Shown here: piece after piece, positions 1 through 10,148 of the stretch
Layout of the letters: every line of letters begins with the position of its first letter
How positions within the stretch are numbered: position 1 is the first letter of the stretch
Source of the DNA: Acidobacteriota bacterium
GTDB lineage: Bacteria; Acidobacteriota; Thermoanaerobaculia; Multivoradales; JAHZIX01
DNA: 64,000 nt
Direction: 5' to 3'
NCBI GenBank assembly: GCA_034211275.1
Contig: JAXHTF010000010.1
Coordinates: forward strand, 6,808 to 70,807
Notes under the pieces: generated by a model
The model's database searches: none
Seen by the model: the letters and a program-made list of their open reading frames with translations, nothing else
What the model was told of the DNA's origin: nothing
Position numbers and translations under genes: made by a program

Positions 1-209
1 CTCTGCACACTCCGCTGATGTCCGGCGCCAACGCCGTGTCCGGTGTCACGGTCGTGGGCGCGCTGATCGCGGCTCGGGAGGGCAACTCGGACATCAGCAG
101 CCTGCTGGGCCTGGCGGCGATCATCTTTGCCACCATGAACGTGGTGGGTGGCTTCCTGGTCACCGACCGTATGTTGAAAATGTTCAGCCAGAAGAAGAAA
201 GCCAAATGA
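1..209 (+). CDS. pntA: NAD(P) transhydrogenase alpha subunit, C-terminal membrane part (PntA part 2); 5'-truncated at window edge
   Basis: Reading frame is open from nt 3. The C-terminal sequence ...GFLVTDRMLKMF is typical of the PntAA/PntAB tail. The stop overlaps the pntB start as ATGA at 206-209. Confidence 0.65.
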   Translation, partial: LHTPLMSGANAVSGVTVVGALIAAREGNSDISSLLGLAAIIFATMNVVGGFLVTDRMLKMFSQKKKAK

Positions 210-1657
210 GCGGCCATCTGACCTCCTCCGTGGTGCCGATCCTGTACCTGGTATCGGCGGTTCTTTTCATCCTCGGCCTCAAGGGGCTGACGCGGGTGCG
301 CACCGCCCGCCGGGGCAACCTCTTGTCGTCGACGGCGATGCTCATCGCCATCCTGGCGACCCTCATCGACATCGACATCATCCACCCGCTGTGGCTCATC
401 GTCGGCTTGGTGATCGGTGGAGTCCTGGGCGCCATCGCGGCGTTGCGGGTGGCCATGACCTCCATGCCCGAGATGGTGGCCCTGCTCAACGGCAGCGGCG
501 GCGGCGCCTCGGCGCTGGTGGCCCTGTCGGTGGTCTGGTTGATGGTCTTCGAGCGCGAGGGCGGCACCGGCGGCCAGACCGTTTCCGGCTTGATGCAGGC
601 ACCTACCGCCTACACCACGGTGCTCTCGGTGCTCATCGGCTCCCTCACCTTCAGTGGCAGTCTGGTGGCCTATCTCAAGCTCAAGGGGCGCATCTCCGGC
701 CAGCCCATCCTGCTGCCCGGGCGCCACGTGGTCAACGGTCTCCTGGTGCTGGGCTCCTTGGGCGCCGGCGTGTACTTCGCCTCCGTGGTCACCGATCCGG
801 CCCTGATGGCGACGATCATCCTCGGCATCACCGCCGCTTGCCTGGTACTCGGCGTCCTGCTGGTGATTCCCATTGGCGGTGCGGACATGCCGGTGGTCAT
901 CTCTCTGCTCAACTCCTACTCCGGTTTGGCGGCCTGCGCTACCGGCTTCGTGCTGCAGAACAACGTGCTGATCATCAGTGGCGCGTTGGTGGGCGCTTCG
1001 GGCCTGATCCTCACCCAGATCATGTGCGCCGCCATGAACCGCTCGCTGGCCAACGTCCTCTTCGGTGGCTTCGGCGCCGAGGACAGCACCGGCGGCAGCG
1101 CCGGCGCTTCGGAGTACACCAACGTCAAGTCGTGCTCCGCCGAAGAGGCGGCAATGGTGCTGGAGGCGGCGTCCTCGGTGATCATCGTTCCCGGCTACGG
1201 CCTGGCGGTGGCGCAGGCGCAGCACACCGTGCGCGAGATGGCGGATCTGCTGGCGGCCCAGGGCTGTGACGTCAAATACGCCATCCACCCGGTGGCGGGC
1301 CGCATGCCCGGGCACATGAATGTGCTGCTGGCGGAGGCCGACGTGCCCTACGAGCAGCTCTATGAGATGGAGCGCATCAACTCCGAATTCCGCAACACCG
1401 ACGTGGTGATGGTGGTGGGGGCCAACGACGTGGTCAACCCCGCTGCCACCGAGGACAGCGCGAGCCCGATCTACGGCATGCCGATCCTCGAGGTGCACCA
1501 CGCCGGCACGGTGATGGTGATCAAACGCTCGCTGAGCCCCGGCTTCGCCGGCATCAAGAACGAGCTCTTCGAATACGACAACAACCTGATGCTCTTCGGC
1601 GACGCCAAGCAGATGCTTCAGGATCTGGTGTCGGAGCTCAAGGAAGCCGCCCGCTGA
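206..1657 (+). CDS. pntB: NAD(P) transhydrogenase subunit beta
   Basis: 483 aa with a multi-TM N-terminus (MSGHLTSSVVPILYLVSAVLFILGLKGL...) and a C-terminal NADP(H)-binding domain (GYGLAVAQAQH, VVGANDVVNPAA). ATGA coupling to the upstream pntA fragment. Confidence 0.9.
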   Translation: MSGHLTSSVVPILYLVSAVLFILGLKGLTRVRTARRGNLLSSTAMLIAILATLIDIDIIHPLWLIVGLVIGGVLGAIAALRVAMTSMPEMVALLNGSGGGASALVALSVVWLMVFEREGGTGGQTVSGLMQAPTAYTTVLSVLIGSLTFSGSLVAYLKLKGRISGQPILLPGRHVVNGLLVLGSLGAGVYFASVVTDPALMATIILGITAACLVLGVLLVIPIGGADMPVVISLLNSYSGLAACATGFVLQNNVLIISGALVGASGLILTQIMCAAMNRSLANVLFGGFGAEDSTGGSAGASEYTNVKSCSAEEAAMVLEAASSVIIVPGYGLAVAQAQHTVREMADLLAAQGCDVKYAIHPVAGRMPGHMNVLLAEADVPYEQLYEMERINSEFRNTDVVMVVGANDVVNPAATEDSASPIYGMPILEVHHAGTVMVIKRSLSPGFAGIKNELFEYDNNLMLFGDAKQMLQDLVSELKEAAR

Positions 1658-1794
1658 CCCGTTCCCGGTCTCCCCGCGGCGGCCTTCAGCCCTGCCGCGG
1701 AGGACCCGCTTCGGATATCCTCACGGCGGACGAGAAGAAGAGTCCGCCGTGGCGGTGAGCCCGGCGTTCAGGGTGTCGAGGTCAGGAGAGGGCC

Positions 1795-3705
1795 ATGGGT
1801 GAGCAAGAGGTTCGCAAGGACACCGACAACGAGCAGCAGCGGCGATTCATGCGTCGTCTTCTGGACGACGTGCGGGCTCTGGAGCAGATGCTCGACCAGG
1901 GCGTCATCGAGTCCGGCAAGAGCCGCATCGGGGCGGAGCAGGAGCTCTTCCTCGTCGATCACACCAGCCGACCGGTGCCCAAGGCCCTGGAAGTGCTGGA
2001 GACCATCGACGACCCCCACTTCACCACCGAGCTGGCGTTGTTCAATCTCGAATTCAACGCCGATCCCATCGACCTCCAGGGGCGTTGCCTGAGCCAGCTG
2101 GAGGAGCAGCTCAACACGCTGCTGGCGAAGGCCCGGGAGGGCGCCGCGGCCCACGGTGCCGAGGTCTTGCTCACCGGCATCCTGCCGACCCTGGTGAAGC
2201 CGGACATGGCGATGGAGAACATGACGCCGGTGCCCCGCTACCACGCTTTGGCGCGGGCGATCCAAAGCCTGCGGGGGAGTGAGTTCGAGTTCAACATCGA
2301 GGGCGTGGACGAGCTCACGCTGACCCACGACAGCGTCATGCTGGAATCCTGCAACACCAGCTTCCAGGTGCACTTTCAGGTCGATCCGGATCACTTCGCT
2401 CACCTCTACAACATCTCCCAGGCGGTGGCCGCGCCGGTGCTGGCGACGGCCACCAACTCGCCCATGCTCTTCGGCAAGCGATTGTGGCGGGAGACCCGCA
2501 TCGCTCTTTTCCAGCAGTCGGTGGACACTCGCAGCGCCAAATCCCATTTGCGCCAGGTGCAGCCGCGGGTGAGCTTCGGGGACCGCTGGCTGGACAACTC
2601 GGTGCTGGAAATCTTCCGCGCCGACATCGCCCGCTTCCGGGTGCTGCTGAGCACCGAGGTGCAGGAGGATCCGTTCGCCGAGCTGGCCGCCGGCCGGCCG
2701 CCCAAGCTTCCCGCCCTGCGGCTGCACAACGGTACGGTTTACCGCTGGAACCGCCCGTGCTACGGCATCAGCAACGGTCACCCCCACTTGCGCATCGAGA
2801 ACCGGATTTTGCCCTCGGGTCCGACGGTGCTCGACGAGGTGGCCAACGCCGCCTATTGGTTCGGCCTCATCCGTGGTCTCTCCGACGAGATGAAGGACAT
2901 TTCCCGTCATATGGACTTCGACGTCGCCAAGGAGAACTTCATCGCCGCCGCCCGCCAGGGCTTGGACGCCCACCTGGAGTGGCCCGGGCGCCGGCCGACG
3001 CCGGTGCCGGTGCTCGCCCGGGAGGTGCTGCTGCCCCTGGCCCACGACGGCCTGCGGGCGCTGGGCATCGACAGCGACGAAGCGGACCGCTTCCTCGGCG
3101 TGGTGGAGGAGCGGGTCGACAAGGCCCAGACCGGAGCCCGCTGGGCCCTCACCTCGCTGGCGGCGATGAAGCAGCAGGGCACCCCCGGAGAGCGTATGGC
3201 CTCTCTCACCCAGGCCACCCTGTCGCGGCAGAAGGAAGGCCTGCCGGTGGCGCGGTGGCAGCCGGCGCGGCTGGAAGAGGCCAACGTCTGGAAGGAGCAC
3301 TACACCCAGGTCCACCACCTGATGAGCACCGATCTGTTCACCGTCAACGCCGACGAGGTCATCGATTTGGTGGCGTCGATGATGGACTGGCAGCACATCC
3401 GCTACGTGCCGGTGGAGGACGATCAGCACCGGCTGGTGGGCCTGATGACCCACCGCATCCTGCTGCGGCTGCTGGCCCAGGGCCATGACCCGCGGACGAC
3501 GCCGACGGCGGTGCGGGACGTGATGCAGAAGGAGGTCATCACCGTCGGCCCCGAGGCCAGCAGCCTCGACGCCATCGAGCTGATGAAACAACACAAGATC
3601 GGCTGCCTGCCGGTGGTGGATCACGGCCGGCTGGTGGGCATCATCACCGAGCGCGACTTCCTCAAGATCGCTGGCAAGCTGCTGGAGGAGTTCCTCACCC
3701 GGTGA
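1795..3705 (+). CDS. carboxylate-amine ligase (glutamate-cysteine ligase family 2 / YbdK-like) fused to a C-terminal CBS-domain pair
   Basis: 636 aa. The N-terminal ~450 aa resemble GCS2/YbdK ligases. The C-terminus has two CBS-like modules (VITVGPEASSLDAIELMKQHKIGCLPVV..GRLVGIITERDFL). High GC3 coding bias. Confidence 0.65.
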   Translation: MGEQEVRKDTDNEQQRRFMRRLLDDVRALEQMLDQGVIESGKSRIGAEQELFLVDHTSRPVPKALEVLETIDDPHFTTELALFNLEFNADPIDLQGRCLSQLEEQLNTLLAKAREGAAAHGAEVLLTGILPTLVKPDMAMENMTPVPRYHALARAIQSLRGSEFEFNIEGVDELTLTHDSVMLESCNTSFQVHFQVDPDHFAHLYNISQAVAAPVLATATNSPMLFGKRLWRETRIALFQQSVDTRSAKSHLRQVQPRVSFGDRWLDNSVLEIFRADIARFRVLLSTEVQEDPFAELAAGRPPKLPALRLHNGTVYRWNRPCYGISNGHPHLRIENRILPSGPTVLDEVANAAYWFGLIRGLSDEMKDISRHMDFDVAKENFIAAARQGLDAHLEWPGRRPTPVPVLAREVLLPLAHDGLRALGIDSDEADRFLGVVEERVDKAQTGARWALTSLAAMKQQGTPGERMASLTQATLSRQKEGLPVARWQPARLEEANVWKEHYTQVHHLMSTDLFTVNADEVIDLVASMMDWQHIRYVPVEDDQHRLVGLMTHRILLRLLAQGHDPRTTPTAVRDVMQKEVITVGPEASSLDAIELMKQHKIGCLPVVDHGRLVGIITERDFLKIAGKLLEEFLTR

Positions 3706-4496
3706 AGCGTCTCAAGGCCTTCTTCGTCCGTCCCTTCCTCGACGCCTTCCACGGTCTCGACCACTGCCTCGGCGGCGGTATGCCGGCGCTGCTGAAGGTG
3801 GCTGTGGGGCTGGCGGCGGGGTGGTGGATCTATGTGCCCCTCCATGAGCTACTCCACGCCCTGGCTTGCCTGGCCGCCGGCGGCACGGTGCAGGAGCTGG
3901 AGGTCTCGCCGCTCTACGGCGGCGGGCTGCTGGCGGCCTGGATTCCCTGGGTCACCGCCGGTGGTGAGTATGCTGGGCGGCTCTCGGGCTTCGACACCGG
4001 CGGTAGCGACCTGGTCTATCTGGCGACGGATTTCGGCCCCTTCCTGCTCACCCTGCTCCCCGGGGTGTGGTGGCTGCGCCGAGCCGCCCGAGCCGCGTCG
4101 CCGCTGGCTTTCGGAGCCTCCGTGCCCTTTGCTCTGGCGCCCTTCACCTCCATCACCGGCGACGCCTACGAGATCGGTTCGATCCTCACCACCAGCATGC
4201 CGCCCTGGTCCGAGGCTTCCCGCAGCGCTCTGCTGCGCGGCGACGACGTGCTGCTCAAGCTTGAGGAGCTGAGCGCCGCCGGGGCCGGCGGGGCGCTGTG
4301 GAGCGGCCTGGTGCTGGCGGTGCTGGTGGGGCTGCTGTGGGCCTTCGCCACCTATGCCCTCGGCGGTGGGATCGCCCGACTCTTGGGGCAAGAGCCGCTG
4401 GAGCCTGTGGTGGTCGCATCCGCGGCACCCTCATCCGAGGCAGCCCCATCCGAGGGAACACCGTCTGCTCCGGCGGCGGAAGCTTCCAGGGACTAG
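3702..4496 (+). CDS. polytopic membrane protein with HExxH motif (putative membrane zincin, DUF3267-like)
   Basis: GTG start overlaps the upstream stop (GTGA). Several hydrophobic segments. HELLH motif in PLHELLHALACLAAGG next to a TM segment. Confidence 0.5.
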   Translation: MKRLKAFFVRPFLDAFHGLDHCLGGGMPALLKVAVGLAAGWWIYVPLHELLHALACLAAGGTVQELEVSPLYGGGLLAAWIPWVTAGGEYAGRLSGFDTGGSDLVYLATDFGPFLLTLLPGVWWLRRAARAASPLAFGASVPFALAPFTSITGDAYEIGSILTTSMPPWSEASRSALLRGDDVLLKLEELSAAGAGGALWSGLVLAVLVGLLWAFATYALGGGIARLLGQEPLEPVVVASAAPSSEAAPSEGTPSAPAAEASRD

Positions 4497-4514
4497 AAGG
4501 GAGCGAGCCGCGCC

Positions 4515-5033
4515 GTGTTCCTGCGTCTGCTGGGGCTGTTCATCGTCGTACCCGCCGTCGAGCTGGTGCTGCTGATCGAGATCGGCCGCCGCATTGGTCC
4601 GTTGCCTACCGTCGCGCTGATCATTTTCACCGGTTTCTTGGGCGCCGCCCTGGCGCGCCACCAGGGTTTGGGAGTGCTGCGCACCATCCAGAAGGAGATG
4701 GCCGCCGGGCAGTTGCCGGCGGGGTCGCTGGTGGATGGCGTGGTGTTGCTGCTGGCGGCGGCGGTGTTGATGACCCCCGGGGTGCTCACCGACGCCCTGG
4801 GCTTCCTATGCCTGGTTCCGGCGACCCGGCGGGTGATCAAGGCCTGGCTGTGGCGGCGGCTGGAGCGAGCGGTGCGGCGGGGCTCGGTACGGGTGACCAT
4901 GGACGGTGGGGGATTCCGCCCGCGGTCTCAGGACCGGTCGTCCCCCGAGGTTTGGGATGTCACCGCCACCCCGGTGGAGGAGGATTCGGAGGAGGACTCC
5001 GGCGATCCGCCCCCGGCGTTGCCGCCGGGCTGA
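4515..5033 (+). CDS. fxsA: FxsA family cytoplasmic membrane protein
   Basis: N-terminus MFLRLLGLFIVVPAVELVLLIEIGRRIGPLPTVALIIFTGFLGAALARHQG matches the FxsA signature. GTG start. The acidic low-complexity tail overlaps the 3' end of the convergent gene. Confidence 0.7.
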   Translation: MFLRLLGLFIVVPAVELVLLIEIGRRIGPLPTVALIIFTGFLGAALARHQGLGVLRTIQKEMAAGQLPAGSLVDGVVLLLAAAVLMTPGVLTDALGFLCLVPATRRVIKAWLWRRLERAVRRGSVRVTMDGGGFRPRSQDRSSPEVWDVTATPVEEDSEEDSGDPPPALPPG

Positions 5034-7435
5034 GGGGGCTCCACCCCTGCCCCAGATTCCCCAGAAGACAACCCAGCGAAGCCGATGTCGTCCAACAGCA
5101 CCACGCCGCTAGGGCTGCGGTCGAAAACCCATCGCAGTGCCGCCAGGTTCTGTGCTGAGAGATCCGCTCCGAGAAGCTGCTGGAGGGGCACCTCGTAGGT
5201 CTGCAGCATGGTGTGGTGGTCGGCGCCGTAGGCGTGCATCTCGTCGGGGAGCTTGGTCACCTTGACCGGCAGCACCGGCGACAGCGGCCGGATCTCGCTG
5301 AGGGCCAGGCGCCGAAGCGCGCCGCTCGCATCCTCCCACTCCAGCGTCAGGTCGAGAGGCTCTTGTTGCTCCTCGTCGGCCGTGTCGGGAGATGCCTCTG
5401 GCGAGTCCTTCGGCGGTTCTTCGTCGAGGGCCGCGATGGAGAAAACCCACCGGGAGTCCGTTGCCAGCTGGCCGGTCAGGGGGTGACCGGGCCCGAGGCG
5501 GAGCTCGAAGGCGGCGGGGGAGCCTTCCTCCGAGCGCCGCCAGCCCAGCACCACGCCGTGATCCCGGCGGTTGCCGCGGCGGCGGAATCCCTGGTCCTCC
5601 TCCCGCCACACCGCCAGACCAGAGCCCGCCAGGCGCACGCCGTTGACGCTGCCGGTGGTCACATCCAGATCTTCTTCGAAAGTCGCCAGGGGGCGGAAGG
5701 AGGCGTCCTGGTAGCGGGTGAGGAAGTGATCCCGGGGCAGCCACTCGCCGGCCCAGCGATGATCGCGGAAGAGCTGCCGGTAACGCCGGTCGCCGTGCAG
5801 GGTGTCTTCGAGGAAAGCGGAGATGTAGAGGCGGGCGATCTGCCGTTGCTCTTCCGGCGCCAGCAACGAGCGCCGGTCGAGGAGCAGGTTGCTGGGCCAG
5901 CCGACGTCGTCGGCACCCCAGACGCTGTTGAACTGGCCATGGTTGGCACGGTAGGCGAGGGCGGCGGCCTTGAAGCGGTCCTCGCCGCCGGTGCCGAGCT
6001 CCAGCCGGTGGAAGAATCGCAGGCCGGCGAAGCTCGAAACGTCGGCGTCGTGACCGCCGTGGAGGACCAGCAGGCTCAGGTCCCGGAGCGGCACCGGGTG
6101 GCCGGCGGGCCGGTATTGCCCATCCACCGGGGCGATGGCCACCAGGCTGCGGATGGAGAAACCGTAGTCGAAGGCGACGGTGGCGTCGTCGGGATAGAAG
6201 GGAAGCCGGTTGAACGCCGCCGCCACCGCCACCGCCTCGCCGCCCCGGGAGTGGCCCACCAACGCGACGTTCTCCAGATCCACTCGACCGTGGAACGGAT
6301 TGCCGGGCTCCCGATGGAAGCGCCGCCATTGGCGCAGGTGCTCCAGCAGCAGCCAGCCGCGGGCGTCGTTCTCTTCGTCCAGATTGCCGAGCCAGGACCC
6401 GTTGAGGAAGTTCTGATCGATGGACACGGCGATGAAGCCGCGGCTGGCCAGCAGCTCTCCCAGGTAGGCGTAGCCGGGGTCCGAGAGATCGAGCATGAAG
6501 TGGTTGCCGTGGACCATCAGCACCAGCGGTGCCTTTGTGTCTCCGGTGGGATACCAGACCCGGCCCGCCAGCGGCACGTGGGCCAGGTCGAAGCCCCAGA
6601 TGGCTTCCCGTACCCGCCCACGCCAGCCCTTCGGGAGACGGGCGAAGGGGGTGGCGTCGACGGTGGGGGTGAGCAGCGTTGCTTCCGGGCCGAGCTCCGG
6701 GCGCCGGGTGTCGAGGCCACTGCCATAGGTCAGCGTACGGACCTCCCGGTCGCCGGGGCGGGAAGGGTCGGGGACCTGCGGTGCCGGTCCCTGGTGCGCC
6801 GTTCCCTGGGCCGGCGGTGCTGCCGCAAGATGATCACCACTTCCGGGCCAGCGCAGCCAGGCCACCAGCGCCAGGTTCGCCGCCAGGGTGAGGACCACCA
6901 CCACGGCGGCGGAGATGCGCCGGCGGTCGAAGGGGCGGCCACGGGTGTGCAGCAAATAGCCCAGCGCTGCGGCGAGGGAGCCTTCCACCAGCGCTACCGC
7001 CACCAGCAGGAGGATCCGCTGCTGCAGGGTCAGCGGCAACAAGCTGACGATCACCGCCAGCGGCGTCACGGCGCCCAGCCCCAGCAGCGAGAACCAGCGG
7101 GGCAGCGCCAGGACGAGGTAGAGGGTCAGCTGTCCCAGGCGGGCCAGCAGCCAGCCCGCCAGCGCTCCCACCAGCAGGCCGGCGAGGTGGTCGCCGAAGG
7201 AGCCCCCGGTGCCGAGGTCGATGCCGATGAGCGCACCGCAGACCGTCGCCGTGACGGCGAGACCCCATCCCGCCCAGCGGGCCAGCTCCGGTGTCGGCAC
7301 CAGCCTGCGGCCGAGACGCTCCAGAGGGCCTTGCCACCGGACCTCGGGATCCGCCGGCCGCGAGCTGGTGGTCTCGGTTCCGGCCTGGGTGTCGGGTTCG
7401 GTCTCAGGCTCGGAGCTGTGTGCAGGATGGTCCAT
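4928..7435 (-). CDS. membrane-anchored alpha/beta hydrolase (N-terminal multi-TM domain + esterase/lipase-like domain)
   Basis: 835 aa. N-terminal TM helices, GHSRGG nucleophile elbow (GxSxG), HG oxyanion motif (MVHGNHF). SD-like GGAAGAGG lies upstream of the ATG at 7435. Confidence 0.6.
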   Translation of the reverse strand: MDHPAHSSEPETEPDTQAGTETTSSRPADPEVRWQGPLERLGRRLVPTPELARWAGWGLAVTATVCGALIGIDLGTGGSFGDHLAGLLVGALAGWLLARLGQLTLYLVLALPRWFSLLGLGAVTPLAVIVSLLPLTLQQRILLLVAVALVEGSLAAALGYLLHTRGRPFDRRRISAAVVVVLTLAANLALVAWLRWPGSGDHLAAAPPAQGTAHQGPAPQVPDPSRPGDREVRTLTYGSGLDTRRPELGPEATLLTPTVDATPFARLPKGWRGRVREAIWGFDLAHVPLAGRVWYPTGDTKAPLVLMVHGNHFMLDLSDPGYAYLGELLASRGFIAVSIDQNFLNGSWLGNLDEENDARGWLLLEHLRQWRRFHREPGNPFHGRVDLENVALVGHSRGGEAVAVAAAFNRLPFYPDDATVAFDYGFSIRSLVAIAPVDGQYRPAGHPVPLRDLSLLVLHGGHDADVSSFAGLRFFHRLELGTGGEDRFKAAALAYRANHGQFNSVWGADDVGWPSNLLLDRRSLLAPEEQRQIARLYISAFLEDTLHGDRRYRQLFRDHRWAGEWLPRDHFLTRYQDASFRPLATFEEDLDVTTGSVNGVRLAGSGLAVWREEDQGFRRRGNRRDHGVVLGWRRSEEGSPAAFELRLGPGHPLTGQLATDSRWVFSIAALDEEPPKDSPEASPDTADEEQQEPLDLTLEWEDASGALRRLALSEIRPLSPVLPVKVTKLPDEMHAYGADHHTMLQTYEVPLQQLLGADLSAQNLAALRWVFDRSPSGVVLLDDIGFAGLSSGESGAGVEPPQPGGNAGGGSPESSSESSSTGVAVTSQTSGDDRS

Positions 7436-7629
7436 CGGCCTCTTCCACGGGCTGGCCTACTGATGGGTCGCTACCGTGTAGCAGGCCGCGGTCTCCGAGC
7501 GCAGAGAATCAGGGATCGGAATGGAGTTAGAGAGAGTTTACCAGTCCGAGCCCCGTCTGCGCTGTCCCGGGGTTGCCTTGCCGAGATGGAGCGCCCCGCG
7601 CTGGGTGAGCCATCGCTGCGATGGATCGG

Positions 7630-9219
7630 CTAGTTGTGCATATGAACCGGGGTGGAATCCCAGAAAGAGCCGTAGGAGGTCAGACTCAGCTCGTAGACCA
7701 GCTCGACGCTGGTGCCGGTGGAGATTGAGCCGACACCGGTGAGCAGCAGCTCGTCGATGAGGCCGTCCTCGAAGTCCGAGATCACCGAAGTATCCGTGAT
7801 CTCGTAATAGCTGCTGCCGACCCGCAGGAGCAGAGCTGCGAGGGTTTGGCCCGAGGGGAAGCCCTCGGACTCGGGCAGCTTGATGCGCAGCCCCGGGGTG
7901 TCCTGGTAGCCGTGACACGGCACGCAGGGCCGGGTGTTGGGGAGGGGCAGGTTGTTGCTGCCGGCGAGATCCGCGGAGGAGCTGGTGGGCAGGCTCGGAG
8001 TGACGCTGGACACCGAGGTGGTCACCGTCGTCAAGGTGGAGGCGTTGCACACCGAAGAGACGTGCTCCAGCACCGGAGCCGCCACTTCGGCAGCACCGGG
8101 TAGATCGGAGCCCGACAGAGTCTGACTGTCGAGGACCAGCAGATAGTCGGTGGAAACCTTCACCGGCTCGAGGGTCGAGCTCGGGGTCAGCGAGATATTG
8201 GACGGCCGCAGGCTTTGATCCGCCATGAAGCCGCCGAGCCAGCCGCTGGCGAAGGCGCTGGCATAGGACGACCCGGGAGGCACGGGCCAGTAGGTACTGG
8301 CAGTGCCTTCCTTGAGGTAGAGACCGTAGGCGGGGAGCAACGCCTGGGCTGCGGTGGGGGCCTGCAGGGCCTTGCTCACCGTGCCGGCGTCGACATATTC
8401 CTCGATATCCATTCCGCCCACCGCCATCACATAGGAATCGGAAGCCGGGAAGAGCAGGCGCCCGTGGTTGCCGGCGGCGGCGACCAGGTGGATCCCCAGC
8501 TGGCTTTGAAGGTGCCCGAGCACCGTGTGGATCTCGTCCTGCAGCGCGACCTGACCTCGGGACTGGAAGAGCGAACTGATCCCGGAGTCGTAAAGACGGC
8601 CGAAGCTCATATTGACTACTAGCGGTGGGTCGCTGGGGTTCTGATGGACATACTCGGCCACCGCGCAGAGCTGGACCAGGACGTCGAGGTCGCTGGCTCC
8701 CTTCGTGTCGAAGGTAGAGCCTCCGGCGTCCAAGGGGTAGAGCATCAGGTCCAGACCGCTGCCGGCGACGGCGCTGAGGGTTCCGGCGACGCTCCAGCCG
8801 TGTCCTTGATTCCAATCGATGACCGCTGCCCAGGGTTGGCTGCGGCGGCCGAAGCAATTGCCTTGACGGCACGGAAACCATTCGCCGGCGCTGGGCATGA
8901 AGCGCGGGTTGTGTTGCGCCAGATAGAGCGCCGGAGCTTCCTCACCATGGACCTGATGCAGGCAGGCGCTGGTGTAGGAGAGGCCTTGGTCTCCGACATA
9001 GTAGACCCCCAGAGATCCGCAGGCGAAGGTCTCCGGCGTCTGCTGCTGGCTGGAGAAGGCGCTGGTTGAAGGGTCACAGCCGTCGAATCGGTACCAGCGC
9101 ACGACATCCGTGGCCATGGCCGGGCCGGCGAGGGCCAGGAGACCGAGGAGTACCGCGAAAACGATGGCGAGACGCGAGGACTGACGGGGAACACGAACAA
9201 CAGAAATCATGAAGAACAT
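7630..9219 (-). CDS. secreted S8 family serine peptidase (subtilase)
   Basis: Subtilase His motif HGWSVAGT, Asn/oxyanion region AAAGNHG, Ser region GSSYASAFASG. The start is set at the internal ATG 9219 (MFFMISVVRV..LLALAGPAMA signal peptide) preceded by GGAGGGAGG. The track ORF extends to 9381 without an SD. Confidence 0.7.
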   Translation of the reverse strand: MFFMISVVRVPRQSSRLAIVFAVLLGLLALAGPAMATDVVRWYRFDGCDPSTSAFSSQQQTPETFACGSLGVYYVGDQGLSYTSACLHQVHGEEAPALYLAQHNPRFMPSAGEWFPCRQGNCFGRRSQPWAAVIDWNQGHGWSVAGTLSAVAGSGLDLMLYPLDAGGSTFDTKGASDLDVLVQLCAVAEYVHQNPSDPPLVVNMSFGRLYDSGISSLFQSRGQVALQDEIHTVLGHLQSQLGIHLVAAAGNHGRLLFPASDSYVMAVGGMDIEEYVDAGTVSKALQAPTAAQALLPAYGLYLKEGTASTYWPVPPGSSYASAFASGWLGGFMADQSLRPSNISLTPSSTLEPVKVSTDYLLVLDSQTLSGSDLPGAAEVAAPVLEHVSSVCNASTLTTVTTSVSSVTPSLPTSSSADLAGSNNLPLPNTRPCVPCHGYQDTPGLRIKLPESEGFPSGQTLAALLLRVGSSYYEITDTSVISDFEDGLIDELLLTGVGSISTGTSVELVYELSLTSYGSFWDSTPVHMHN

Positions 9220-9262
9220 AATCCTCCCTCCAAAGGTGAACGGAGGAAGAGCAGGGCAATGG

Positions 9263-10102
9263 CTATCGAGGATGAGAGACCAAGTGAATGCGCTGGGCGT
9301 AGGCCAGGTGTAGCCCGTTGTCGGAGAGCACCTCCAGGGGCTGCTGGCCCTCTTCCAGCCGTTGGGGCTCCGGCAACTCACCGGGGCGGGCGACCGCTAT
9401 GAAGATGCGATGCTCTCCCGGTTCGATACCCACCAGATCGCCGGCCCGGCCTTCGAACACCGCGCTTCCGCGCCGCACCTCGAGCCGGAGCTGTGCGCCG
9501 GTGGTCAAGCGGAGGAGCCGATCCTCATCGAGCCGATACAGGCCGAACTCCACATCTTGCTCCGCCAGCTCCCGAGGGGTGACGACCAAGCGGATGGTGG
9601 TCTCGGGCAGGGCCTCGATCACCGACTCTGCCTCCGGTCGAGAGCGTTCTTGAGCCAGTCCATAAGCCTCTACCTGGTAATCCAGGCTGGGAGGCAGTGG
9701 CTCGGGGCCGTTGACCACCAGGAAAACCGCCAGCAGCAGGCTGGCGGCGAGGGCCACGGAAGCGGCCCAGCGATGCCGGAACCACGGTGCCGGGGAAACC
9801 CTGCGCACCACCGGCGGTTGCCGGCCCACGCCTTCGTCGAAGGCTGATAGTACCCGCTCACGAACCTTCGGTGAAGGTCCCCGTTCGAGTACGCCGGCCA
9901 GCTGCGCTAGTTTTTGGCGCCCTTCACGATCCTGGCTCAGCCGGGCTTCCAGGGCGCGCATCTCATCCTCTCCGAGACGCCCTAAACGGTAGGCGCTCAG
10001 CATCTCGTCGGGCAGCAACTGACCGGTACCTCGCTCTTCCAGCTGTCCCAACTCATGAAGTAGCCAATCCAAATCCTTCTCACTCATCGTTCTACCGTCC
10101 AC
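9263..10102 (-). CDS. single-pass membrane anti-sigma factor, RskA-like (non-zinc N-terminal anti-sigma domain, TM, periplasmic C-terminal domain)
   Basis: N-terminus LLPDEMLSAYRLGRLGEDEMRALEARLSQDREGRQKL fits the RskA-type anti-sigma N-terminal helix pattern without Cys/His. One TM (WAASVALAASLLLAVFLVV). An alternative ATG lies 5 codons in (about 10087). It sits 46 bp downstream of the CHAT gene. Confidence 0.5.
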   Translation of the reverse strand: MDGRTMSEKDLDWLLHELGQLEERGTGQLLPDEMLSAYRLGRLGEDEMRALEARLSQDREGRQKLAQLAGVLERGPSPKVRERVLSAFDEGVGRQPPVVRRVSPAPWFRHRWAASVALAASLLLAVFLVVNGPEPLPPSLDYQVEAYGLAQERSRPEAESVIEALPETTIRLVVTPRELAEQDVEFGLYRLDEDRLLRLTTGAQLRLEVRRGSAVFEGRAGDLVGIEPGEHRIFIAVARPGELPEPQRLEEGQQPLEVLSDNGLHLAYAQRIHLVSHPR

Positions 10103-10148
10103 TCCCTTGCTGCCGTTATGCTCCCGTCTCCCTCCACTGTTATAGGAG

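Noticed and set aside
1768-3624. 618-aa ORF antisense to the GCS2-CBS gene
   Set aside because: It lies entirely within a well-supported gene on the opposite strand. Its low-complexity Arg/Gly/His-rich translation is typical of high-GC antisense frames, and it has no SD or domain features.
5109-7633. Long ORFs (406 aa minus, 806 aa plus) overlapping the alpha/beta hydrolase gene
   Set aside because: Alternate-frame or antisense artefacts of GC-rich DNA. Their translations are Arg/Gly/Pro-rich low-complexity sequence, whereas the called frame has GxSxG and TM features.
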